From contig DASPLQ010000012.1 in the NCBI GenBank assembly GCA_035627515.1, forward strand, positions 906,331 to 970,330: a stretch of DNA of 64,000 nt, written 5' to 3'. The notes under the pieces are model-generated. The model was not told the origin of the DNA and searched no databases. It saw only the letters and a program-made list of their open reading frames with translations. Positions 45,757 through 54,772 of the stretch are shown here, one piece after another (position 1 is the first letter of the stretch; each line of letters starts with the position of its first letter). The translations under genes were made by a program, and so were the position numbers. The DNA is from Vitreimonas sp. (GTDB lineage: Bacteria > Patescibacteriota > Microgenomatia > UBA1400 > PJMF01).

Positions 45757-46419
45757 ATGGAAACAGCCGGTTTTGTAACACTTCGTCGTAAGAAAAATCA
45801 AGATTTAGTTTTAGTTGTTAATCCTGATGGCATCAGGTATTACGTCAAACGTGTCATTCATGGAGTAGGTGGACCGGTGGTGAGACTGGGTAATCAGGTT
45901 TTTGATGGCATTGATACTATTTTTAATCACAAACGCTGGCTACTACTGGTTATAGCCTTAGGGTTGGGGATCGGGATGGGGATGACTATTTTTACTCAGC
46001 CCAGTTCATCCACGGCTTTTCCCTCACCGGTGGTATTGAGTGACACTATTCTCCCGCGGCGAATTGAAATTGAAGGCACTGCCATCGATAAAAAAATTTT
46101 TAATGAAGCCCCTTCACTATTTACTACGACAGAAGTTGGAATTGTGCAGAGCCAGGCGAACGGTTTCGGTGAGTCAGGACTGATTAGAATCGAGTTACCA
46201 GGTGAATATGCGGCTTTGTCTGAGGTAAAGCTCGGGCAACGTGTAAATATTTTGGCAGACAATAATGGCCTTTATACCTTTCAAGTTACTGAAATCAGAC
46301 AAGTGGCAGAAGCGGAATTGAGTACTATTCAAGTCACACGGGGCCCTGTGGTGATGATCTATAGTTTTGATAGTGTGATCAATCGCCAAGCCTTGGTATT
46401 GCTAGCGCGAGCGCAATAA
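45757..46419 (+). CDS. Sortase-fold-like membrane protein lacking the catalytic Cys/His
   Basis: TM, then LPRRIEI...ID..I, LSEVKLGQRVNI....YTFQVTEIRQV and VMIYSF...ALVLLA, matching the sortase strand pattern. The protein contains no Cys. Confidence 0.55.
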   Translation: METAGFVTLRRKKNQDLVLVVNPDGIRYYVKRVIHGVGGPVVRLGNQVFDGIDTIFNHKRWLLLVIALGLGIGMGMTIFTQPSSSTAFPSPVVLSDTILPRRIEIEGTAIDKKIFNEAPSLFTTTEVGIVQSQANGFGESGLIRIELPGEYAALSEVKLGQRVNILADNNGLYTFQVTEIRQVAEAELSTIQVTRGPVVMIYSFDSVINRQALVLLARAQ

Positions 46420-46455
46420 AAAACCCTGGCCTACACAACGTGCAAACCAGGGTTT
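46418..46455. terminator. Intrinsic terminator between convergent genes
   Basis: AAACCCTGG...CCAGGGTTT stem; U tail on the minus strand. Confidence 0.75.
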
Positions 46456-46474
46456 CAAAGGTTAATTAAAAAGC

Positions 46475-46984
46475 TTATGAAACTTTAGCTTTTAATTCTT
46501 GAGCTTTACCATATTCGCGTTTCATTTCGAATAAGACGTAGAAGCCAATCACGAGGCCGATCACGAAGCCGATGATATTGCCATCACCACCAAGTAAACC
46601 GACGAGACTGGACACGATACCCAAAACTTGGCCCCAGAACATTAACACCCAACCACGCATAGCGCGGTCGCGTAAAGGTTTGAAAGCTAACAGAGCTAAG
46701 ATACCACTTAATACCATCAAGACGATGTTAATTAAAGCTACAACTGGATTGACAGTTTCTCCAACCATCATTCCCACAGCGCTAGCACCCATAACCAAGG
46801 GTAACAAAGCGACGGCGGCGAAAATACTTAACACACCACCGAGCAATGATAAATAAGGAGCGATCATGGCTAAGAAACCAGTTAAACCAGCTGGTAAATG
46901 TGGTAAGTTCTTAAAAGGTTGTTCGATTTGAGCGATAAAGTCCATGGATTGTTTATCAGTTAATCGATCGACAAGTGCTTGCAT
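46475..46984 (-). CDS. Hypothetical four-TM membrane protein
   Basis: LPHLP...IAPYL.L.GG; GW...F; FYVLFEMK.EY; GGAG SD. Confidence 0.75.
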   Translation of the reverse strand: MQALVDRLTDKQSMDFIAQIEQPFKNLPHLPAGLTGFLAMIAPYLSLLGGVLSIFAAVALLPLVMGASAVGMMVGETVNPVVALINIVLMVLSGILALLAFKPLRDRAMRGWVLMFWGQVLGIVSSLVGLLGGDGNIIGFVIGLVIGFYVLFEMKREYGKAQELKAKVS

Positions 46985-47120
46985 TGGGTTCTCCCATAAT
47001 TGTTATTTCTAATAGTATAACAAAGCCAAGAGCTCCTGACAAAGATGTATTGTGAACTCATGCGGAACTTAGTATAATCTGGCAGCTGTGGAAAAAAGGA
47101 GCGTTTTCTTTTTCTACCAT

Positions 47121-47192
47121 GGCCCCATCGTCTAGCGGTTAGGACGCCAGGTTCTCATCCTGGTAGCCGGGGTTCGAGTCCCCGTGGGGTCA
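47121..47192 (+). tRNA. tRNA-Glu(CTC)
   Basis: GGCCCCA/TGGGGTC acceptor stem, CCAGG-TTCTCAT-CCTGG anticodon arm, CGGGG-TTCGAGT-CCCCG T arm. CCA not encoded. TATAAT upstream. Confidence 0.95.
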
Positions 47193-47247
47193 CTTTTTAT
47201 TGACTTAGAAAGCTAAATCTTGTTTTTTACCTGAAGGCAAGCAACGG

Positions 47248-47901
47248 TTAAGCTTTTTTTTCTTTAAACCTTAAATTAATTTGATTTAATAACTGGCCTA
47301 CATCGATGTTTCTTGAGGCTGCTTCTCCGATTAAATATTCTAACAAACCTTTTGATGGTGACTCACTATAGTGATGTTCATAAAACATTTGGGTTAGTAC
47401 CTCTGCTTCAAATTCATGGGGTTGTAAAGCGTAAAGCACTGAGTCTGTCTCACCTGATCTTGGCTTCATACGCTGTTCATTTGATGGTAGGCTGGCAACA
47501 CCTGCACCATGATGTTGTGCAAAGTGAACAGTTTCTTCAACACCAATACCCTCAAACCACTGTCGCATACTCATTAACCATAAATAATCACCTGTTTCAG
47601 ACTGTACAACTACGGCCTCAATACTAGGAATATCGCCTAGATGCTTTATATCTGTTGGGTCTATATTAATAAATAATTGCCCCTCATCTGTTTCTATTAA
47701 CCCGGTGGTTCCTTCCTGACCGACAATTTTTCCTAGGTTAATTTCGGGATTAAAATTCAAACCATATTTCTCCAAAACCCAATCTACTCCCCTCTGAAAA
47801 GATTCTAATGCGAGACCGAAAATATCTACTTCCACTTTTGAGAGTTCGGGATAGAGGTTTTTTAATTGAGACAAAGTTGAGGTGTGTTTGTTTTCTGTCA
47901 T
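47248..47901 (-). CDS. Hypothetical protein with a zincin-like EExxH...P.ExEA pattern
   Basis: GVEETVHFAQH and YALQPHEFEA. Start placed at MTENK. Confidence 0.55.
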   Translation of the reverse strand: MTENKHTSTLSQLKNLYPELSKVEVDIFGLALESFQRGVDWVLEKYGLNFNPEINLGKIVGQEGTTGLIETDEGQLFINIDPTDIKHLGDIPSIEAVVVQSETGDYLWLMSMRQWFEGIGVEETVHFAQHHGAGVASLPSNEQRMKPRSGETDSVLYALQPHEFEAEVLTQMFYEHHYSESPSKGLLEYLIGEAASRNIDVGQLLNQINLRFKEKKA

Positions 47902-48045
47902 AAACAAATTATAAAGCTCACTTGTTCAATTACCCATAGGAATATCTAACACCGAGCATTCTGATATCTGGAAGAAACGCGTTATACAAGCCAACCAGGT
48001 CTGTGATAATAGAGTTCGGTTGCTGAAACCGAAGGGTCACCAAGT

Positions 48046-48324
48046 ATGCATAAAGAGCAACCGACACAAAGTGATCAAGAGCAACAGAGACTGTGGTCAT
48101 TAAGCTTAATTGATGCCATTTTTAAAAGAGCACCTCGTTTAGCTGCTAATATTTTTCTTCTTTATACTAACGTTATCATGACTTATTTCGCTAAATCCTC
48201 CATGGAGAATCCCAAATCTCTTAATGAAATTATAGATGACATACTTACTCCAGAAATGTTTTTCATTGCAGTTATTGGAGCTAGTGGTGCTTTAGCGATT
48301 GAGGAAAAATTGCGGAGAAAATAG
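48046..48324 (+). CDS. Small hypothetical membrane protein
   Basis: 92-aa ORF with two hydrophobic segments and a basic tail. Confidence 0.5.
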   Translation: MHKEQPTQSDQEQQRLWSLSLIDAIFKRAPRLAANIFLLYTNVIMTYFAKSSMENPKSLNEIIDDILTPEMFFIAVIGASGALAIEEKLRRK

Positions 48325-48326
48325 TT

Positions 48327-48875
48327 TTATTTATTTATATTAATTTTCCTCACCGTCATTTGAATCGCGTGGGCGGTGAAGGCATCATTGATTTTACCGT
48401 CATCAATCATTTTGAGAGCTTCATCAAAAGTAACGTAACGTTGTTCAGAGATGTCTTCGCTGGTTTCAGTCCCGTCAGTATTGGTTTGGGTGGGGTTAAT
48501 GACGACCATGAATAAAGTCACACTTTCGGTATTAAAACTATGGAGGGGGTAAAAGACACCTAATTTTTGGAGTTGATCGGTGTTGATTTGAATGCCTGCT
48601 TCTTCTTTAAGCTCGCGAACAGCGGCTTGTTCAGGGGTTTCGCCGTCATCGATGCCACCGCCTTGGACTTCCCAGCTATCAGCTTTAATGACATAACGAT
48701 ACTCTTTATGGACCAGAATTTTTTGATCACTGGTGGTGACCACTACCCCCACTCCGTTTTTTCGATTCACCCACGCATACGTACCGCTGGAGCCATCAGG
48801 AAATCCGATCTCATCCTGAAATAACTCTACCCATGCATCTTTATATATAGATTTTTGAGTTATTTTTTTGAACAT
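48327..48875 (-). CDS. Nudix hydrolase (ADP-ribose pyrophosphatase-like)
   Basis: Nudix box GGIDDGETPEQAAVRELKEEAG; EYRY; ALKMIDDGKINDA. Confidence 0.9.
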   Translation of the reverse strand: MFKKITQKSIYKDAWVELFQDEIGFPDGSSGTYAWVNRKNGVGVVVTTSDQKILVHKEYRYVIKADSWEVQGGGIDDGETPEQAAVRELKEEAGIQINTDQLQKLGVFYPLHSFNTESVTLFMVVINPTQTNTDGTETSEDISEQRYVTFDEALKMIDDGKINDAFTAHAIQMTVRKININK

Positions 48876-48908
48876 GATTTTGATTATACGTCGTTTATAA
48901 TCGAAAAT

Positions 48909-49424
48909 ATGTCTCATCTAGAAATTCGGGAAGCCACAGTCGATGATATTCCTGCCATCATCGATGCCCAGCTCGCGACTTGGATAGCTACCTATGCTGG
49001 ATTGGGTGATATTACTAAGCAAGACATTCGGCAGATTGATTTTCATGCCAATGCTCCTCAAATGCAGTTGGAAATTCAGAATGCTGGTCCACATCGGTAC
49101 TGGGTAGTGGCAAGTGATGAGCAAGTGGTGGGCTATGGTTATGCCATCAATAATCCAGAAAAACCAGAAATCAAAAGCTTATATATCTTACCAACCCAAC
49201 AAGGTTCTGGTTTAGGATCTAAGCTCATGAATGAAATGCTGACATTTTTAGCTGATCATGAAGTAGTTTTTGTAGACGTAATTGCACTCAATGAAGGAGC
49301 CATCAGGTTTTATGAGCGCTTTGGGTTTAAGGAATATAGCCGGCGAATGTCAACTCGCTTTTTAGGTGAAGCTGGTAAAACTGTGGAGGTAGTACAAATG
49401 AAGAAGGTTAGTAAAGGTAACTAA
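48909..49424 (+). CDS. GNAT N-acetyltransferase
   Basis: IREAT..D, LYILPTQQGSGLGSKLM, NEGAIRFYERFGF. Confidence 0.9.
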   Translation: MSHLEIREATVDDIPAIIDAQLATWIATYAGLGDITKQDIRQIDFHANAPQMQLEIQNAGPHRYWVVASDEQVVGYGYAINNPEKPEIKSLYILPTQQGSGLGSKLMNEMLTFLADHEVVFVDVIALNEGAIRFYERFGFKEYSRRMSTRFLGEAGKTVEVVQMKKVSKGN

Positions 49425-49430
49425 TTTTTT

Positions 49431-50126
49431 ATGTCAGTCGAACGTAACGATATGCAGTTAAGGATGAAGGCTTTAGAACTAGCTCGGAAGGATGCCGAGG
49501 TGCAATTAAATCAAATCCACACAGATTTAATTTATAGATCTAAGGCCTTAATTCAGGTGCTCGATTTGAGTAAATATCAGGTCAGAAAAAAAGAACCAAT
49601 AACCTTAGATAAAGTGAAGCTCGATAAAATTGTCAGGGCTTTCATGGAAAAAGCTAGTGAGTATCCCACACCATTACAACACGATTTATTTCAAGCAATC
49701 GAGCAGCAGGCCCGTCATACAGATATTAGTAACGTACTGAGATTAGTGGTGCCCGACTTCAATGAGTATGCAAAGTTAATGAAACAAAGACAGTTCAATC
49801 AGTTGCCACGCAAACTTACATTAGAAATGAATAATGAACTTCAGGCAGCTTTTTCTAAAGCTTACTTTAAAGATCGCAAAATTCACAGTTTTTTAGTTTA
49901 TCTTTTACAAGGTATTAAAGTCCTCAAGTTGGAATTGAGAGGGCAATTAGAACTGGCGCAAGAAAGTAAGGATATTGATCCTGTTGACCCCCCTGAACAC
50001 ATCAAGAAATACAGACAATTTTTAACATGGATTCAGAACTTTGAGGACAATGTAGATGCACTGGGTGATGCGTTAGTTTTAGCTCGGACCTGGGGGTTTG
50101 ATACCATAGATCGGCTACAGAATTAA
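49431..50126 (+). CDS. Hypothetical helical protein
   Basis: 231-aa ORF starting 6 nt after the GNAT stop. Confidence 0.6.
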   Translation: MSVERNDMQLRMKALELARKDAEVQLNQIHTDLIYRSKALIQVLDLSKYQVRKKEPITLDKVKLDKIVRAFMEKASEYPTPLQHDLFQAIEQQARHTDISNVLRLVVPDFNEYAKLMKQRQFNQLPRKLTLEMNNELQAAFSKAYFKDRKIHSFLVYLLQGIKVLKLELRGQLELAQESKDIDPVDPPEHIKKYRQFLTWIQNFEDNVDALGDALVLARTWGFDTIDRLQN

Positions 50127-50130
50127 TATC

Positions 50131-50826
50131 TCACTTCACAACTTCTAACCTAATCACCTTCGCCGTTTTATCATACTTAATTTCTAAATTAGCTTTGACT
50201 CGCGATAAATGTTTATTGACAGCGTAAATGGTTTCATCGAGTAATCTTTTACAATTTTCTTCATCAGCGGGCAGGCCATACTCACTTAAAAAATGTGTCA
50301 TCAATTCGCGTGCTTTATCTCGAGAATACGTATGATCGTATTCATTCATCATCAATTCTAAAAGGAATTTTTCTTTGTGGCGCATTATTAACGGTTTGCT
50401 GTTTACCACAAAGTGTGGCTTCTGAAAGTTATATTCCAAGGTCAGCGTATGAAACTTTTTTCTCTCCTCAGGAACTCCATCAGGAGTTTCGGTAAAAAGA
50501 GCGTTAATTCTTGTCATCAAAAGTGTAATTAAAGCAGGGTAGATATCTTTTTTACCCAGACTATAAGCTACTTCTGTATGAGTGAAATTGAGTTTCACAG
50601 ATTTATTGCTAATTTGCACATAGCGGTGGCCATTAGATGAAGATGAAAATGTGGGTGTCTCCGCGGTCAGTTCTACACAGACTTCATCCGGCAGTTGTAG
50701 CAGAGGTAAGAGTTGCTGTGTAAGATCATTGAGTACGCGTTGCTGTTGGTCGCAATCCTCAATGTCTACCCAAATGGTTATGCTTTCTTTACACACGCGG
50801 TTATTGTACACAACAGATACACACAA
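50131..50826 (-). CDS. Hypothetical protein with a possible degenerate C-terminal winged helix
   Basis: KEKFLLELMM....TYSRD...TIYAVNKHL...IKYDK...IRL loosely follows the OmpR wHTH pattern. Start uncertain. Confidence 0.45.
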   Translation of the reverse strand: MCVSVVYNNRVCKESITIWVDIEDCDQQQRVLNDLTQQLLPLLQLPDEVCVELTAETPTFSSSSNGHRYVQISNKSVKLNFTHTEVAYSLGKKDIYPALITLLMTRINALFTETPDGVPEERKKFHTLTLEYNFQKPHFVVNSKPLIMRHKEKFLLELMMNEYDHTYSRDKARELMTHFLSEYGLPADEENCKRLLDETIYAVNKHLSRVKANLEIKYDKTAKVIRLEVVK

Positions 50827-50849
50827 GAAAAGAGTTGATCTTAAGAGCT

Positions 50850-52850
50850 TTACCCAGCTCCACCCCCGCCACCTCCACCTCCTCCGCCACCCCCACCAGA
50901 ACTGCCACCTGAAGAACCGGTACCTGAAGCACCATAGCTGGCTGTGGCGGCTGATGTTAAAGAACTTAAAGCCGAGTTGAGAGATGAAAAACTTTCCGTG
51001 ACTGCATTCAGGCCACTTGTAGCAGAGGTCAGGTTAGCATCGTTACTGCTCAACCCACCCCAGTGGTGAATCAAGTGGGCTTGAGCCTCAGGCGGAAAGG
51101 CAATCGGAAATTGTGACAGTGTTTTGGCTGAGATGCCCAGAAGCGTGCCGTAGACTAAATACTTTTCCCACAGAATAATTGAGTCGATGGGGTATTGGGC
51201 TGTTTTTCGATAGTCTTTGAGATGCTTTTTGAAAGCTAGCCACTGGGCAGCTTCTTGTTCTCCTTCAGGAGTGCGCTTTTGACCATAATGAGAGAACATG
51301 CCACTGATAATTAAAAAGGCGGTGTTGATGACCATACCAATAATGGCTAAAGCCAAGAGTGGTGTGCCTTCAAAACTGGAAATGCCAAAAAAGAACAAAA
51401 TCCCATACAACACCTCGATGCCAATAATGACTCCCAACCATTTTGACCACTTGCTGAGCTCATAGGCATGCTTATCGAGGAGACCATTTTTAACGTTTTG
51501 TTCCAGGGCTAATTTCTGTAGCCGCTGAAAAAAAGCATGGGCGCTAGCTTGGTTGGTTTTGCAGTACTGAATAATGTCATCAAGTTTGATAGCATCAATT
51601 TTTTCTTCACCCGATAGCTGGTGTGTTTGCGTACCAACGCGCTCTGTCAAAAAGTGATGAATTTCGTTCTCAATCCGTGTACTGGGACCACTCTTTTTAG
51701 CTAAGGGTAATAAGTAATAGACATATTTGGGAAAAAACCAACCCTCTTTGTGATGACTGCGGACAATTTTAAAGTATTTTTGGTGAATTAAATTTAAGAT
51801 GGTGGCGGTGAAAGATTTTGGGCTCAGCGAACTGGTGCCATTGATTAATTGTTCCACTTGAGAGGGTGGCGTGGAGCTTGGTGGTTCCCAGAGACTGTCT
51901 GCCATATTGACCCGCGGCAGTGACCGATCCCAACCATGCCTCCAAAATTCTTGGCAGCGTTTTAAGAAAGCCCACGCACTGACAGCAATTAAACCAAACC
52001 CAATCAAGATCAGAATTTGATTAAAAAAACGTTGCCGGGCTTTTTTTGCTTCAGTGTCGGCTATGAACTGGGCTTCCTGATTCTCGATTTTACTTTTGGA
52101 TAATGTTCCAGCCGCTCCATTTTTGAGGACGTTTTTAGGAAAAACTACCCGACCCTCGAAAAAAGTTTCTACTGGTAACTCGGGTGAGACAAAGGTGACT
52201 GTCTGAGCATTAGGAATGGCGACGGTGCCATTGAGGGGACCATGCAGCCAAGCTTGGAGTTGATCATCTGGGACGCCGGCAGGGAGTGTCAACCGGACGG
52301 CAATATTGCTCTGGCTATGATCCCACTCGCCACCAATAAATTGCCAGTAAAGTTCGGCAATATCTTCATGTAAGGTGGCGGCGTTGGTGACTACATAGCT
52401 GGTCGTAAACGTTTCAGTTGTATTCTCCACATCATAAAACCATTTTAAATAGTACTGATCAGCTTCATCACGGACATAAAAGGTACGGGCATGGGTAGGG
52501 ATAGGATCATCATCACCTTGACCAGCTGGGACTTGGCGATAGCAGCCTATCTCATCACAGACCTGGAAGTTAGTGAGCTGATACGGTGTAGTGCGGCCAG
52601 GATTTGTTTCCTGTGAGGGAGCCTTTTTTAAGGTTTGATAGGCAAAAGAAAAACTACCGCTAAAATCATATGTTCGTTTCTCCGTGACTTTGAGAGAGCC
52701 GTCACTCTGCAGTTGAGCGTCGATGACTACTCGATCAATGGTGTACGATTTGTCAGCCTGAACTGGTGAAGCCAAGGCAGCCACCATCACCACTACCATG
52801 CCACCTGCTGTCATCATTTTGATGAGAAGGTGTTTGAGAGATTGAAACAT
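50850..52850 (-). CDS. DUF2207-family membrane protein
   Basis: DGSL.VTE.RTY.F, D.AELYWQFIG..W, HGP, W.AFKK.L, WEKYLVYG..LG, Gly-rich C-terminus. Confidence 0.9.
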   Translation of the reverse strand: MFQSLKHLLIKMMTAGGMVVVMVAALASPVQADKSYTIDRVVIDAQLQSDGSLKVTEKRTYDFSGSFSFAYQTLKKAPSQETNPGRTTPYQLTNFQVCDEIGCYRQVPAGQGDDDPIPTHARTFYVRDEADQYYLKWFYDVENTTETFTTSYVVTNAATLHEDIAELYWQFIGGEWDHSQSNIAVRLTLPAGVPDDQLQAWLHGPLNGTVAIPNAQTVTFVSPELPVETFFEGRVVFPKNVLKNGAAGTLSKSKIENQEAQFIADTEAKKARQRFFNQILILIGFGLIAVSAWAFLKRCQEFWRHGWDRSLPRVNMADSLWEPPSSTPPSQVEQLINGTSSLSPKSFTATILNLIHQKYFKIVRSHHKEGWFFPKYVYYLLPLAKKSGPSTRIENEIHHFLTERVGTQTHQLSGEEKIDAIKLDDIIQYCKTNQASAHAFFQRLQKLALEQNVKNGLLDKHAYELSKWSKWLGVIIGIEVLYGILFFFGISSFEGTPLLALAIIGMVINTAFLIISGMFSHYGQKRTPEGEQEAAQWLAFKKHLKDYRKTAQYPIDSIILWEKYLVYGTLLGISAKTLSQFPIAFPPEAQAHLIHHWGGLSSNDANLTSATSGLNAVTESFSSLNSALSSLTSAATASYGASGTGSSGGSSGGGGGGGGGGGGGAG

Positions 52851-53306
52851 TTATTTCCTTTGCAGCAGCACTTTTTCTATGATGGCGCGTTGTTCTTCTA
52901 TTATAGTACTGGGGAGTTCAAAAAAGGTGTTAAGTTTATCTGAGAGCAGATTGGGTAACTCAGCCTCATCAGCCAATCGACATTGAAAAGCAATCCCTAC
53001 TGACCAGCCAAAGCCACGCTCTTTTTCTTCACTCGGATACTCGATATATCCGATCTGTTCTTCGATCTCAACTTCCACGCCCAGCTCTTCCCCGGCAATC
53101 CTGTGCACAGCGTCGTGAAGTGTTTCCTGGTAATAGACGGTGCCACCAGGAATATGCCATGAATTTTGCCAAGATGATTCTTCACGCCAAGTAAGTATCA
53201 CGCCTTGGGTGGTCATGACGACCACCTCCACAGTCAAGCGTGGTACCTGAGAGTAAATATGTTTAAACTCATCGGCGGTGAAGGGGAAGGAACGAGACTG
53301 TGTCAT
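52851..53306 (-). CDS. Nudix hydrolase (GDP-mannose hydrolase-like)
   Basis: F..IY..VPRLTVE; WHIPGGTVYYQETLHDAVHRIAGEELG. Confidence 0.8.
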   Translation of the reverse strand: MTQSRSFPFTADEFKHIYSQVPRLTVEVVVMTTQGVILTWREESSWQNSWHIPGGTVYYQETLHDAVHRIAGEELGVEVEIEEQIGYIEYPSEEKERGFGWSVGIAFQCRLADEAELPNLLSDKLNTFFELPSTIIEEQRAIIEKVLLQRK

Positions 53307-53322
53307 GCTTTACAATATAACA

Positions 53323-54543
53323 ATGGTGACAGCTCATGCCCAGCGGGTTTTTCAGCGTAATACTAAGTTGTTGTACATAGTGGAGTTTTTCTTTTCCGCT
53401 ATTTTTCTGATTCCGGTTTGGGTGATGTACATGTTGCAGTACCTGAGCTTGAGTGAGTTTGCCTTAATTGAGACGATCATTTTTGCTTTGCAGTTAATCA
53501 TGGAGTTACCAACTGGTGCCTTTGCTGACTTAGTGGGTAAAAAGTGGTCGATGGCGGCAGGGTCTTTTTTCAAGGGTGTAGCCATGATCGCTTTTTTGAT
53601 GGCACGCGATTTTGAAGCCTTTGCAGTCTATGCCATTTTAATGGGCATCGGTGAAGCCCTTATCTCTGGCGCACATGAGGCTTTACTGTACGATACCCTA
53701 AAAGAAGCTCGGCAAGAAAGACATTTTGATCAGTGGCAAAGTAAATACACGTTAGTGTTTCAATTGGGAGTAGCAACGACTACTTTAGCCGGGGGCTTAC
53801 TGGGGGGAATTAATCTTGTTTTCCCGATTGCGTTAACTATGCTAATGCATTTTTGCAGTGCACTGGCCATTTGTTTTTTAATTGAACCTCTGCCGGATAC
53901 TGAAAAGTTCACACTCAAACGTTACTTACTTCAAACTAAGCTCGGCACACAAGAACTTTTCAAATCTCGATATAATTTGAAAATTTCTCTTTTTTACATT
54001 TTAGTAGGGGGTATTAGCTGGGCCTGTCAGTTGACGTTTAATAATTTGTTTATGGTTACCCTGAAATATACCGCTACTGAGCTTGGCATCGCTTTTGCTA
54101 CGATGCGTGTCTTCAATAGCCTAGTCTTGTTTAGATTATTAAATTTTAGTAAAGCTTTTACAAAACCCCGGACATTTATTTTTTTCCCGCTATTATTAAT
54201 GATCTCGCTTACACCCGCACTATGGCTGAGTAAGTGGATAGCGTTGCCATTTGTGGCAGGCTCGATGTTAGCTTCTACTGCCCGGTGGGCAATTCTAGGC
54301 AAGTACACCAATCAAGTTTTTGATTCTAAAAAGCGGGCCACGGCTATTTCTGCTTTAAGTATGGGCATCAATATTTTTTATGTTGGTTTATTACTACTGA
54401 GTGGCCCAATCATGCAATGGTGGGGAGGTCCGGCTATTGTTTTGAGTGTGTTAGGAATAACTGCAACAGTTTTATTATTGCCCTTAGGTTTACATATTGC
54501 TCGCTCGTATAGTAATGAAGAGGCGTCAAGTTCAGAAACCTAA
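53323..54543 (+). CDS. MFS transporter
   Basis: ELPTGAFADLVGKKWS, SGAHEALLYDTL, RATAIS. Start placed at ATG 53323 (TACAAT 6 nt upstream). Confidence 0.88.
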   Translation: MVTAHAQRVFQRNTKLLYIVEFFFSAIFLIPVWVMYMLQYLSLSEFALIETIIFALQLIMELPTGAFADLVGKKWSMAAGSFFKGVAMIAFLMARDFEAFAVYAILMGIGEALISGAHEALLYDTLKEARQERHFDQWQSKYTLVFQLGVATTTLAGGLLGGINLVFPIALTMLMHFCSALAICFLIEPLPDTEKFTLKRYLLQTKLGTQELFKSRYNLKISLFYILVGGISWACQLTFNNLFMVTLKYTATELGIAFATMRVFNSLVLFRLLNFSKAFTKPRTFIFFPLLLMISLTPALWLSKWIALPFVAGSMLASTARWAILGKYTNQVFDSKKRATAISALSMGINIFYVGLLLLSGPIMQWWGGPAIVLSVLGITATVLLLPLGLHIARSYSNEEASSSET

Positions 54544-54586
54544 TTGACAGATAATTCCTGCCTATGAAATACTTATCACCATATAT

Positions 54587-54772
54587 ATGAAGAAAAAAAC
54601 CACTGCCCCAGTTAGAAGTACTAGTTCTCGAACTTCCATGTTTCCTGAATCAATGACCAAAGTCACCCCTTTCTCAAAAGCGCTGGCCATGGTGTTGTTC
54701 GTGACCTTACCTTTTGTGGGTTTTATCTTGGGGATGATTTACCAACAGTCCTTAATGGGCGTTGGCTTGTAA
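54587..54772 (+). CDS. Small single-TM protein
   Basis: KVTPFSKALAMVLFVTLPFVGFILGMIYQ; TTGACA...AATACT promoter upstream. Confidence 0.65.
   Translation: MKKKTTAPVRSTSSRTSMFPESMTKVTPFSKALAMVLFVTLPFVGFILGMIYQQSLMGVGL

Noticed and set aside
48015-48043. TTCGGTT-GCTGA-AACCGAA hairpin followed by GGGTCACCA as a tRNA-Glu attR remnant
   Set aside because: The match to the tRNA 3' end is only about 7 nt (GGGTCAC) and the T-arm sequence differs. It is more likely a 5' UTR hairpin.
50853-50935. CCA/CCT/CCG-rich low-complexity tract
   Set aside because: It encodes the normal poly-Gly C-terminus of DUF2207 proteins.
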